64,000 bases of DNA from Macrostomum lignano (GCA_002269645.1 NIVC01000803.1:124001-188000); one strand, 5' to 3'. Counted from the first letter of the stretch, positions 24,719 through 45,014 are shown. Made by a program: numbers and translations. Notes: generated from the letters alone by a model not told the origin.

Positions 24719-27303
24719 TGTTAGTATGTGATTATCGAGCGGGGAAAATAAATACTGCATAATATTATACATGTACATATACTCTTAGCTCGGTTACGTC
24801 ATATCATTGCGGCAGGTGTTGCGTCTACCATACCCACATGCAGTTTACGGTAAAATGCAGTTGTGTATTTTTTAAATCTTAATTGAATCTTTATTTGCAT
24901 GCATGCATACAATACCTTTCATGGGTATTGTAATTTTTGGGTAAAAAAGTGAGTCAAAAGGGGGCAGGATCCAATACATGTGGACAAGCCGTTTATTAAC
25001 TGAACTCAATTTTGAGCTTTTAAGATTCTGCTTCTTCCTCTTCCTGTTTCTTTCTTTAAGGTCCACTTATAATAGCATCGTGCGATTGTGTATATGCAAA
25101 GACTGTATGCAAACACTACTGAAATACTGTATACGGCTAGGGGCAGGAGACAAACAATTTATGCAAAATTTATTGAATGCGAATTTTATAAATTATTTAC
25201 AAATGTCATTGTTTCATGCGGAGCTTCATTTTTACTAGAAAATTCCTCTTTCTTCAAATCTTTCAAAATAACTGTTTAAGGTATGCATTAAAATTTAATG
25301 ATTAAATTGACGTCGCTGGAAACAGGCAAAGGGTAATAATTATCAGAATTGATAAGAATATTAGTAGTAGAATAGTAGTAGTAGAATATTAAAAATATTA
25401 AATAAATGTAATAATCTAGGACAACTAAAGTATCGTATATTGAGTAGTCCTTGGTAATAATATTAATATTATTATTTATAAATGTAAGTTAGCGAACAGA
25501 ATGTTATTTTGTTAATTACTTCTGTATTTTATACTACTTCAAGCATTTTCTCACGGATTCGTTGAACATTAACGTATACATTATAACAAAGAGCAGCAAA
25601 TCAATCTTTGATCGTGCAGTGTATTTACAAAAGATACTACACAAAAACGTAGAAGCTTGTTATATTTTAGTTTAGTAAATAGATTTTTGCTAAAACTACA
25701 TTCATTTATTTCTACCCAAGCTACACTTTTGATACGGTTTCCGATTTCCATTTTATGATGTTAGAACATTAAATTGAGTGCCTGCGCAATACAGGGCTAA
25801 ATTTATAATAGACAGACCATGGGGGGTCGCTGGTGGCGGGCAGGTATCTCAATTTAGATTGCCAAATACAGTGTTTGATCAATATGGGAGAAATTTATGC
25901 TAAAGCTTACTTATTCCTGGTGAAAGAACTCCATTTTTATTCATATTCGTACTTCATTCTGCAATCAGAAAACTAAAGCTTAAATCGGTCAAATTGCAAC
26001 AAAATCTTATTAATTTCATAAAATACTATGGTTTAGAATCAAATAAGACGGAGAAGAGTTGTACAATAACCCAAAAGGCTTGTGTTTATTGTAAACTTTA
26101 TTCCGAACTCGTCTGTACACTACAACTTTTGTACGTGCATCTGACTTTATCGCTTATAAAACTTAAATACAAAAAAGGTTTAGGCTTAGTTTTACAGTAG
26201 TTGAAACTAGTGTTTTACTTTTCGCTATATTTATAGATTGTATTCACTGAAAATAAAATGCATTTTAACCAAAAATTTAGCAGTACAAAGTAGTAATTAG
26301 TTTTAGAAAGCATAAATTCACTCTAGCTTATGAATTAAAAAATGTGATTATTATGTAGTAACATGCATATTTAGGCGTTTGAAAATTTAATATTTTATTT
26401 CTACAGTATGGTATAAAGTATTTCACATTATCATTACATCGTTTGATAACACTTTGTAGGCCTAGCTCAGCTAAGTGGAATATAATTTGCATCCGATATA
26501 GCCTAGCAGAATTTATGACCAGACCCAGCAGTTTACGTACACATTATCTAAATAAGACCTAGCTTCTCCTTTGGATAAGTTGGGTTGGAATTGTTAATAA
26601 AATATATTGTTTACATAATCTAGAAGTTAATTGTCTAGAAGTACAAAGTATATTGTCTAGAATTAAAAAGCTATCACTTTCAGACATTTTTACTATGATT
26701 ATTAATTTCCCTGCTTCACAACAAGCTAAATGGCTAACCTATACAAGTATAATAATAATGCTTATTGAAAGCAATTTTTAATTCCTGAATGCACTATTTG
26801 TTATGTGGGCCATGAAATTTCATAGCACAGTCTATGAAGAGACTCGCACTTATAAGCAAAAAGAATTTTAGGCTACAAGTACATTTGAATAAATTGTAAG
26901 CTAAGAAGCTCCTTAAATCGCTGATAATAACTTGAAGTTTGTTTATTAACATGCACAACAATCAGTCAATTAAATTGCAGTTACATTGGATATTAATGAA
27001 TTTATATATGGTTAGTTTCTAAGCTATCTGTGGATATTTCCGATGAAACTAACTTAGAATGTTGCTGATTGAGTACGGTACTGACCCAATACTACTATAA
27101 GCCTAAGCCTACAAATCATTTCATGCCAGAGAAACTGTGGAGAAATGGCTGAGTGGCTCGCAGCCCGATGGCCAATGGCTGCTCAGCAGTTGAGCATTCG
27201 CTCTCGAAAATGCGGCCTCGAGCTTTCTAAAGCAAATCCGAAGCCTCTCGCGTCCAAGCTTCTCTGCCATAAAATCAATCGAGTCCAGTTCAACTGATCA
27301 GCA

Positions 27304-28897
27304 ATGTCCGTCATCATTCCCGACGGCTTCACCCAGCTGCTGCAGGAGTTCACCGTGGCCGTCCTTCGCACCCGGCCTCCAAATTTGATCGAATTCGCTG
27401 CGGCGCATTTCAGACGGCTGGAGCAGCAGCAGCCCGGCACCGCGTCGAAGGTGCAGTTCCAGCCGGCCCAGGAGCAGCAGCGGCGGCGCCACTCCGAATC
27501 TGACGCCGAAGACGAAGAGGCCCAAAAAAACGAGGACGACTCGGAAGAGGTGAGCGACGCCGACGCATCCCCACCGCCGCCGCCTCGTTCGGCCGCTCGG
27601 GGCGCCGGAGGCCGCCGGGTCAGCGTAGCGGCGCCCTCCTTCGACCCGGAGCAGCACGAGGCCACCTACGAGCGTCGTGTTGTGCCTAAAAGCGACGAAC
27701 AACGCCGACGCTTGATGGAGGCGATGCGGCACATCCTGCTGTTCCGCAGTCTGGAGAGGGCCGATCTTGGTCACGTGATCGATGCCATGGAGGAGCGCCT
27801 GGTGTCAGCTGGGACCTGCGTGATCGAGCAGGACCAGGAGGGCGACAATTTCTACGTTGTCGAAAAAGGCTTCTTCGAGGCGTTCGTACGCGACAGAGCA
27901 ACCGGCACCAGCCGCCACGTGCTGACCTACAAGAACGAGGGCTCGTTTGGCGAGCTGGCGCTGATGTATTACTGCCCAAGGGCCGCCACCATTGTGGCCA
28001 AGACTGACGGCGTGCTGTGGTCGCTGGACATGGAGACCTTCCAGCAGAAGGTGCTCATGGCGGCTTTCAAGCACCGCAAGAAGTACGAAGCCTTTCTAGC
28101 GGCCGTGCCGCTGCTGGACGAGATGACGCAGTACGAACGGCAAAATGTGGCGGATGCGCTGAGGTACGTCCTGTCAGCTCTGCCCACTTCACACTAATCT
28201 ACCCCACTTCACACTAATCTACCCCACTTCACACTAATCTACCCCACTTCATTCCAATCTACCCCACTTCACTCCAATCTACCCCACTTCACACTAATCT
28301 ACCCCACTTCACACTAATCTACCCCACTTCACACTAATCTACCCCACTTCACACTAATCTACCCCACTTCACACTAATCTACCCCACTTCACACTAATCT
28401 ACCCCCTTCACACTAATCTATCCCACTTCACACTAATCTACCCCACTTCATTCCAATCTACCCCACTTCATTCCAAGCTACCCCACTTCACTCCAATCTA
28501 CCCCACTTCGCCTCGCAGGGAGCGCGAATTCTCGGATGGCGAGCCCATTATCCTGCAGGGCGACGTCGGCAACGAGATGTTCTTCATCGAGGACGGCAGT
28601 GTGCGGGTGATGCGCCGGCACAACGCCGCCGACAGCGGCCTGGAGACTCAGGTGAACCTGCTCGGCAAGGGTGCCTATTTCGGCGAGCTGGCGCTCATCA
28701 CCAAGCAGCCGCGAGTCGCCAGCTGCTACGCCGTGGGCCCCACGCGGGTCTGCGTGCTGCACGTGTCCGACTTCGAGCGCCTGCTCGGCCCCTGCCTGAC
28801 GGTCATGCGTCGCAACATTGACGCTTATAAGCGGCAGCTGGCCGAAATTTTTGGCGGCGATGAGGCGAGCGTACCGCTGCCCAGGGCCGATTGTTGA
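27304..28897 (+). CDS. PRKAR2: cAMP-dependent protein kinase type II regulatory subunit, 412 aa; exons 27304-28163, 28519-28897
   Basis: RII D/D domain ([32 protein letters not shown]), phosphorylatable inhibitor site RRVSV, two cNMP domains ([14 protein letters not shown]; [15 protein letters not shown]); phase-2 intron. Confidence 0.93.
28186..28509. repeat. 20-bp minisatellite (ACCCCACTTCACACTAATCT)n filling the PKA-R intron
   Basis: About 16 units running almost from donor to acceptor. Confidence 0.95.
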
Positions 28898-28984
28898 GAA
28901 GCGGCAGTTGCTTAGCGACGGAGTTTTTACCTTGGATACGTTGTGTTTAAATTTATAGTATGCTTTAATTTACGTATAAATTCT

Positions 28985-29210
28985 GCCTGTTAGATATGAC
29001 AGTTATCTACCTGTTAGATATGAGTGTGTTTGACAGTCATCTACCTGTTAGATATGAGTGTGTTTGACAGTCATCTACCTGTTAGATATGAGTGTGTTGA
29101 CAGTCATCTACCTGTTAGATATGAGTGTGTTGACAGTCATCTACCTGTTAGATATGAGTGTGTTTGACAGTCATCTACCTGTTAGATATGAGTGTGTTGA
29201 CAGTCATCTA
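28985..29210. repeat. 30-31-bp minisatellite (CTACCTGTTAGATATGAGTGTGTTTGACAGT CAT-type)
   Basis: About 7 units seen directly. Confidence 0.9.
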
Positions 29211-30029
29211 TAGTACTCGAAAACTGTTTAAATGTTGGACACGATACACTCTGATTAAGGACCCTTTGCAAATCCATAAAATATTTGTTTGAACAATGAT
29301 AACATCAATTTAAAATTTTTCACGAGAATTTATGTTGAACCTTTGCCCTTTTAGCTGTTTACATTGTCCAACACACAAAATTGTCACGAACTGACTGACA
29401 CATTCAATGAAACTTACCCCATAAATTTATTTTTGTCTCTAAGAATATTAACCCGATTGAAGAAAAGTCGTTTCATACTGTTTGTATAGTCCTTGTCCGA
29501 GCGTATTTATTTATTTGTTTTGTTTTAACAGTGTCCTATTAGGCACAGTGTTGGGCCTAATCCGTAGCCTTGCTAACCAGGCATGTCAATCGCTTGGGAT
29601 TCTTTTTGATAAGCCGGGGCGCAGGATTTTATCTGGGAAGATTATCTATGGAACAGATCTCCTCTCTCTGCTGTCCCCTGCTCAGATGAGCTGCTCAGGT
29701 TCGAAGGCAGCAGAAATTGATACTCGATGAAGCGGCGGCTGGACAGCTTGTCTGAGTCAGCTCAAGCTGCAGTCTCTCTCTGTTCCTAATTACTGCAGTC
29801 ATCGAATGGCCTCCTCTTCCTTTGTGTTCTCTCTTCTTCTGCCTCTTCCTCTTTCGCAGTGAAGGCGCATGCTGTTTTTCAAGCTTTCATAGCATAATAT
29901 CTAGCCATGTGTGTGCCGGCATGACGATCTCTGGGTAATGCTTAGCGACTATTCTTGCTGTTCTGTCTACAACACAATAGATTTGTTATCTTGTGTTCAA
30001 AGGATTGTCAAGTGAATCAGTAAGACTGG

Positions 30030-30235
30030 GACAGGAGTGACAGAAGTGAGAGACAGGAGTGAGAGACAGGAGCGACAGGAGTGACAGGAGAGACAGGAGT
30101 GAGAGACAGGAGTGACAGGAGTGACAGGAGTGACAGGAGTGAGGGAGAGAGTGAAATGAGTGAAGGACTGAGTGAGATGAGTGTGGGAGAGTGACATGAG
30201 AGATCGAGAAAGTGACAGGTGAAGGACAGAGATAG
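30030..30235. repeat. Purine-rich (GAGTGACAG)-type low-complexity repeat
   Basis: Directly visible. Confidence 0.8.
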
Positions 30236-30667
30236 GAAGCAAAAAAGGTGAAGGGCAAAGTTATGAGGCGGATGCACAACGGAGATGCTCAGCACTTACT
30301 GTAGCAGAAAACAGCAGGGACTCGCAGTCAAACTTCGGACAGGTCACCTCAATCGACCCCACCCGTCCGAAGCATCTGTCTCAGGGATCCTTGATCCGCC
30401 TTCTTTCTATCCATCTGTTCCTCTAGTTTTTGCCGGTCCCAATGTAGATCCTTTTCTTTTCCGTCGCTAATCCAGTAAATCCACAGAGATTGCAGCATAT
30501 GGGTCATTGTATTTTGACCTTAATAGTCAGGAATAAGCCACTTCAGAGTATTTTTTCTTATGAAATTATTAGCAAAGTATGAAGAAGCTTTACCAAATAA
30601 TTTGGCAGGGAAAAACTGGATTATATTTTACAACAATTCACTCGATTTCTTAGAAATGAGCTGGAGG

Positions 30668-30836
30668 CGGGCCAAGAGGTCAGAGCGTCGGACTAACGAC
30701 TTGCAGGTCGGTGGTTCGATTCTCAACCCACCCGGAACAATTTGTGTCCTTTTGTCAGCCAGAAGCACATGACTCTGCATTGCTCCAGTTCACCCAGCTG
30801 TAAAATGGGTGCCAGCAATAGCTGGGGTAATTGAAT
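30668..30836 (+). mobile_element. SINE family 1, 3'-truncated
   Basis: GGCCAAGAGGTCAGAGCGTCGGACT...GGTTCGATTCTCAACCCACCCGGAACAATTTGTGTCCTT...TCACCCAGCTGTAAAATGGGTGCCAGC. Confidence 0.8.
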
Positions 30837-31076
30837 CTCACATCGCTAGTGCATTTAGTACGCTCTCGGTAAATCGGATTTTTCTCGATTGGATTTGTCT
30901 ATGGTAAAACCCCATTCAGCGCTATGCATTCTCGAGAGCACACTAAGTGCACTGGCGATATAACAAATAAATGTTCCTTACCTGCCTCTAGTGCATTTCT
31001 AAGAAAATTGAGTGCCTTCTACTTCAGTTGTGCGTGTAATTCTGTTTGATACATAACCTAAAAAGTCTAAATCCTT

Positions 31077-31263
31077 AATCTAAATCCTAAGTGACGCTAA
31101 GTAAACAGCCGTGACGTTGTCCTGAATCTAAATCCTAAGTGACGCTAAGTAAACAGCCGTGACTTTGTCCTGAATCTAAATCCTAAGTGATGCTAAGTAA
31201 ACAGCCGTGACTTTGTCCTGAATCTAAATCCTAAGTGACGCTAAGTAAACAGCCGTGACGTTG
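31077..31263. repeat. 48-bp tandem repeat, about 4 copies
   Basis: AATCTAAATCCTAAGTGACGCTAAGTAAACAGCCGTGAC(G/T)TTGTCCTG. Confidence 0.9.
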
Positions 31264-31839
31264 TTTTTATCAAAAATAAAGTTGAGCCATTGTAAATTAA
31301 GAACCGATTGACGCAAGCTAGACAATAATTAGGTGAATATCCGGATTAATTCCCAAGTTAGTTTGAATGCAAGCAAAATTCGACAATAAGCCCTGTGTTT
31401 CGCTTCCTCTCTGATCAAAATAGGATTTGAAGGAGAGCGGCCGTGAGCAGGTGCTCTGCAGGCAGCCTTCTCACCCTGGCCAGCAGCAGACAATCGCTCC
31501 AATTAGTGACCCACTCCAGGTGTTCGGGCTTCCGGACACAGGAGTGGGAGGATGGGGGACAGGCGCCTCAGTCTCCATCCAATGTGCCTACCCCGTCCCA
31601 ATCTACTCGGCTGGGCGATGGTGGAGGCTGGGAGATCCTCATTTGAGCTTAAGGAGATCTTAAACAAGAGTACGGATCGGAGCATGTCTTCTCTCATGTT
31701 ATTGCAAGCCCTCATGTTTGAAACACGTGAAAAATTTACAACTTTTTTGTTTGTAAAATTTTGCAAAATTTACAAAAATCTAAAACCAAAAAATCTCGAT
31801 TATTTTGGGAATCGGGTTTTTAGCGCTCATTTTAGCGCC

Positions 31840-32215
31840 AGAGTCACTCATTTTTGCGCAGCAGGCACTCACTTTAGCACAGCAGTCACTCATTTTGTCG
31901 CCGCAGTCACTCATTTTAGCACGGCATTCACTCACTTTAGCGCCACAGTCACTCATTTTATCAGCGCAGCAGTCACTCATTTTAGCGCCGCAGTCACTCA
32001 TTTCAGCGCAGCAGTCACTCATTTAAGCGCCGCAGTCACTCATTTAAGCGCCGCAGTCACTCATTTTAGCGCAGCAGTCACTCATGTTAGCGCCGCAGTC
32101 ACTCATTTTAGCAGCGCAGCAGTCACTCATTTTAGCGCCGCAGTCACTCATTTTAGCAGCGCCGCAGTCACTCATTTTAGCGCCGCAGTCACTCAGTTTA
32201 GCGCCGCAGTCACAC
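31840..32215. repeat. 21-bp minisatellite (GCGCCGCAGTCACTCATTTTA)n, some units 24 bp
   Basis: Directly visible; explains the (AAVTHFS)n ORF. Confidence 0.9.
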
Positions 32216-32717
32216 TATAAAGACAAAGACAAAACAGCTGTCAAAGTTCTGATGATAATTTTTAGTAAGAAAGGATTAGGCTGAAACTCAAATTTCTCTA
32301 CTGTATTAAAAAGAGAGGAGTTGGGAGTAGGTCTGAGTGGGAGTTGACTCACCAGATTATCGCTCAAGTTCTCCTTGGCTCAGCAGCGCCGCACACGCAC
32401 ACATTGGGCAGATGAGGTCCTTCTATAATGCTATCGTTTCGTTTCAAGCTTCATTAGCATCGCACTGTCCAACCCTCCCGAATTCACGCCTCTTTCTCTC
32501 GAATGCTTCAGCCCCTCCTCCTCCTCCTCCCCGCCGCCGCGGGTGTCCTGAGAAGCAAGCCAGCGCCAGCCCGAGGTGGCCCGCTGATAGAAGATCAACA
32601 AAAATGAATCTCTACCCTCCCATCTATCCGTCTCCGCAGGGCAGCGCACGGGCTTGTCAATTAATCTTCAACGGGTTGCCGGATTAACATTGAGCTCGGT
32701 GTTGATTGAGGCTGCCC

Positions 32718-32897
32718 GGATCTGGGAGAATAGCGGTATCCCAGCAACTGAGGATCTGGGAGAATAGCGGTATCCCAGCAACTGAGGATCTGGGAGAATA
32801 GCGGTATCCCAGCAACTGAGGATCTGGGAGAATAGTGGTATCCCAGCAACTGAGGATCTGGGAGAATAGCGGTATCCCAGCAACTGTGGATCTGGGA
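32718..32897. repeat. 34-bp tandem repeat, 5 copies, with internal hairpin CTGGGA...TCCCAG
   Basis: Head-to-tail units with no spacers. Confidence 0.9.
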
Positions 32898-33437
32898 GGG
32901 TGGCGGTGGGTGGCCATTCTTTGGTGCTTTTTTCAATCTAATCTTGCTAAAGTAAAATTTTATAACCAGTTAATTACCTGGAATTTTATAATTACAGTTG
33001 GAATCTGTGTTGTTGTCGGACTCATCCAGCTTAGTATCTAGATGGATCAAGGATTTCTCTTGCCCAGCCCCTCTGCCCAATCCCCCGTCAATTTTTTTCC
33101 ATTAATCTCTCAGTTTCTAGAATAAAATCTTAAGAAGTCCGCGGAAATGAATCCGCTGGACACACACAGAGGGGTCTCACGCACGCTGTCCTCACCTTTT
33201 AGCTTAATTCCTGGCTAATCTCCGGCCTTTGCGGACCCGCGATTTCTGGGGGGGGGGCTTTCCTCGTAGCCTTTGACTTTTAATTAACTCCCGGGCTCAT
33301 CAACGAGAAAGTTTTGGGATGAAGGATTAAACAGATATTAATTTGCCGACTGTCTTAATTATTCAGTAATTATTCTTATTATGCCATTTTTCATTTTCAA
33401 TCTTTTATTAGTTGGTGCCATTCTGAATGAGGTAGTA

Positions 33438-34075
33438 CCATTTTGTATCTTAGATAAGGAAGAGCCATTTTGTATCTTAGATAAGGAAGAGCCATTTTGT
33501 ATCTTAGATAAGGAAGAGCCATTTTGTATCTTAGATAAGGAAGAGCCATTTTGTATCTTAGATAAGGAAGCGCCATTTTGTATCTTAGATAAGGAAGCGC
33601 CATTTTGTATCTTAGATAAGGAAGCGCCATTTTGTATCTTAGATAAGGAAGCGCCATTTTGTATCTTAGATAAGGAAGCGCCATTTTGTATCTTAGATAA
33701 GGAAGAGCCATTTTGTATCTTAGATAAGGAAGAGCCATTTTGTAGCTTGGATAAGGAAGAGCCATTTTGTATCTTAGATAAGGAAGCGCCATTTTGTATC
33801 TTAGATAAGGAAGTGCCATTTTGTATCTTAGATAAGGAAGCGCCATTTTGTATCTTAGATAAGGAAGAGCCATTTTGTATCTTAGATAAGGAAGCGCCAT
33901 TTTGTATCTTAGATAAGGAAGCGCCATTTTGTATCTTAGATAAGGAAGAGCCATTTTGTAGCTTGGATAAGGAAGTGCCATTTTGTATCTTAGATAAGGA
34001 AGCGCCATTTTGTATCTTAGATAAGGAAGCGCCATTTTGTATCTTAGATAAGGAAGAGCCATTTTGTAGCTTGGA
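33438..34075. repeat. 27-bp minisatellite (GCCATTTTGTATCTTAGATAAGGAAGC/A)n just upstream of the kinesin ATG
   Basis: About 24 units ending roughly 85 bp before 34162. Confidence 0.95.
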
Positions 34076-34161
34076 TTAGCAACATTAGCTGGAGTTGGCA
34101 GAGGTAGCCAGTCCGCACACCGAAGCCCCCTGCACTTCATGCTCAGCCACCAGACGAGGCG

Positions 34162-42254
<8,093 letters not shown>

Positions 42255-42787
42255 CTCAGCTGATGGGACATTGAGTACTAATCCAATACTATATAGCTCT
42301 ATAATCAGCCTAAATCATTAATATTTCCGTCTCGTAACTTATTGTTTTGCTTATTACTTAAAGTAGTTCTGCTCCACTCCGCTGCAATTTCGCTGTTTTT
42401 CGTTTTAAGTTTAGCACTGGAATTAATTTTTTTTTATTTTTTTGTCTTTGTTGTCGTACATACTCGCGGTACGCTCGTAGAAACTACTAATAGTAGTCTT
42501 CCTAGACCAGAGTCAATTTTGCGCTACAGTACAGTGACAGATTTCAAACCGGGAAGGATGGAAGCTTCTAGGATTTAATTTATTTCTGCTATATTTTGCC
42601 TTGGTTAGTCTTCCAGTTCCAATTAAATGGTTTATGTAGAGTGCGCCCATTATATTTGTAGCTGAGCCTTGACCTCAAAATAAAATAACAATGTCTACGT
42701 AAAGCTTATTGGACAAATCTTAAACATTGATGCCCAGGCCACAGAGTCACGGAGATGTCACTCAATTTATTTATGGAAGTCATTAAA

Positions 42788-44032
42788 TCAGCTGTCCGGG
42801 TTGAACTCCACATAGAAGTCTTCGGTAGAACACAGCTGCGGCCTGCCGCGGTCGCAGGCACGCAGCAGCAGGTGGAACATCGCGTAGGAGCTGTCATTGC
42901 GTGGCGCCTTCTGGACGAAGAGCTCGCTTGAGGTGCGATCAACTCCGAAAAAGTTCTGCAGCTCCGACTCGTTCGCCAGCTCGTAGTCAACCATCCCGTT
43001 GTCGCCTTCGTCGAGATCCACCGCCATCATCCTGCCGATGATCTGGCCGGGCTGCGGGGCTGCGACCTGCCATTAGTGTAATAAAATATATTGAAATATT
43101 CGCACGAGACGACCCGCTCTGCGATATCGTAACACAACCAGCGCTGACTACTGAGTACATGCAAACACGCACTCACACACACGCTCACACAGGGTGTACA
43201 GCCCTGACTGTCAAATCGTCAGACATGTACACTCTGTGCCTTGGGGGCTGGCCCTCATGGCTGTGAATCGCACGAAAGCCCCAGATGAATGTGTTTGCGC
43301 ACGGAATCGAACCAGGGATCGCGGTGCGAGAGTCGGACGCGTTCACCGCTGACCTGCTCTGCCCCCCCCCCCGGCGACCTGCAAGGTTTAAAGGAAAGCG
43401 GTCTAACTGCGAACGTGTGACCCCACAGGTGAGGTCCCCGGCCCAGCGGATAAGAACTCAGGTACAACAGGTAAGAACTCAGAAAGCGGTCCTTGACCAT
43501 CGCGAGTGTTCCAGTCTCATTTTTGGACACGGTGTCGTACGATTTACATGTAGCACCGCGACCAGATTCGAACCTGAAGCATCCTGGGAGACTCGGGCTT
43601 GGCCAGAAACTCCGGTCTGTTGTCATTTTCATCCTCGACGTGGACTGACACTGTGCAGGCGGCCGTCAGAGCTGCGCTGGGCCGCCGGTTCTCCACCAGC
43701 ACGCAGAATCGGTAGACCGCCTGTCGCTCGCGGTCCAGCCTCACTAACGTCGTAATTCTGCCGGTGCTCTGGTCGAGCATGAATTTTCTTCTCAAGTCGA
43801 CGTGGCCGCGGCCGCAGCCGTTAAGATAGGCGAGATTGCCGCCGTCAGGACGAACTCCTTGGATGACGCCAACAAGTCTGCCAGGTGGTGCGTTCTCTCG
43901 CACTTGCATCCGGTACACTGGCTGCCCGCAGGACGGCCAATCCTGACCCACCGTTGTTGCCGACGACACGTCGATGATGAACAGCTGCAGCAGGACGACA
44001 AGAGACAAGCGACAACCGGCAGCTTCCATCAT
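42788..44032 (-). CDS. Short cadherin-repeat protein (signal peptide + 2 EC domains, no TM), 245 aa; exons 44032-43574, 43066-42788
   Basis: RENAPPG, LDRE, DENDNRPEF, AVDLDEGDNG and RACDRGRPQL cadherin motifs; phase-0 intron; stop after FNPDS. Confidence 0.8.
43120..43360 (-). mobile_element. SINE family 2 in the cadherin intron
   Basis: tRNA-like head CAGCGGTGAACGCGTCCGACT...CCTGGTTCGATTCCG plus the shared body. Confidence 0.75.
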
Positions 44033-44611
44033 TGGTGCGGTGAAGCCAAACAGTTCAAGGCTATGGACACTGGGCTTTAAGTATGGCTTGCTGCTTTTTG
44101 ATGAAAAATTTCAGCTCGATTTTATACGCTGTGAGCAGTTTGTCTGTTGCTGGGCAATTACTGGGCCGCGCGCACTTATTCAACTTCCGCTTTTGTCCAT
44201 AATCGAAAAGATAATGACACCCATGTGATTGCTTTCCCATCATGAAAGATTCTAGCAAAACTGTGACAAAAATTACGACGGAAGCTGCCTAATCAAGGAG
44301 ATCGTAGAAAAACAAAAACATCTGGAGTGAAAACTGAAAACCTAAAGCACTAATTTAAAATGCTATAAAATAGCCAAAAATTATATCCTTAGCTACACTT
44401 TAGGCGATAAAGAATGAAGGTAACTAAAAGCAATTTTTTGTAGTTGTGACTGGTCTATCATAAAAACTTGGTTTATTTTTAAACATTGATGAATGGATCC
44501 AGTCCAACTGAAGTACGAGTTGAAGGACGCTCTACACTCGATTTTCTTAGAAATGAGCTTCTGGAGGCCGGTAAGTAATTTATATTTGTCGTATCCCTAG
44601 TGCATTCAGTA

Positions 44612-44952
44612 GGGAATGCAGCCTAGTGCTTGGAGCGTCAGACGATCACCATTGAAAGGTCTTGGGTTCGATTCTCAACCTACTCGGAACAATTTGTGTC
44701 CTTGAACAAGACACAAATAATATCTTTGCGTCCTTATATATATATATATATATATAACAAGACACTCAACTCTGCATTGCTTCAGTTCACCCAACTGTAA
44801 AATGGGCGCCAGCATTAGCTGGGGTAATTGAGACTGTGTGGCGACCCCCCAGTCCTTGGACTGAACAGCCGTAAGCAGCCTTCAGATGCGCCGCGCAATA
44901 GCGGCGGCTGAGCTGTCGGTTGCACATCTGGCCATTAGGGCAGGTGTAATCA

Positions 44953-45014
<62 letters not shown>
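44612..45014 (+). mobile_element. Near full-length SINE family 1 with (ATT)n tail (44954-45014)
   Basis: A/B-box head, central GTGTCCTTGAACAAGACAC...TCACCCAACTGTAAAATGGG domain (interrupted by a short (TA)n insert), 3' GGGCAGGTGTAATCA(ATT)n. Confidence 0.85.

Larger units (their letters stand above)
16409..25305 (+). repeat. Segmental tandem duplication, copy 2 (includes a 1,266-bp RTE insertion plus TSD)
   Basis: See copy 1; homology starts at GGTTTTTCT(C/T)CTGAACTTTCGC and ends at ATTTAATGATTAA. Confidence 0.95.

Noticed and set aside
32718-32897. 34-bp hairpin-containing repeats resembling CRISPR repeats
   Set aside because: Units are head-to-tail with no unique spacers, there are no cas genes, and the context is eukaryotic. 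The same applies to the 44-bp and 40-bp arrays.
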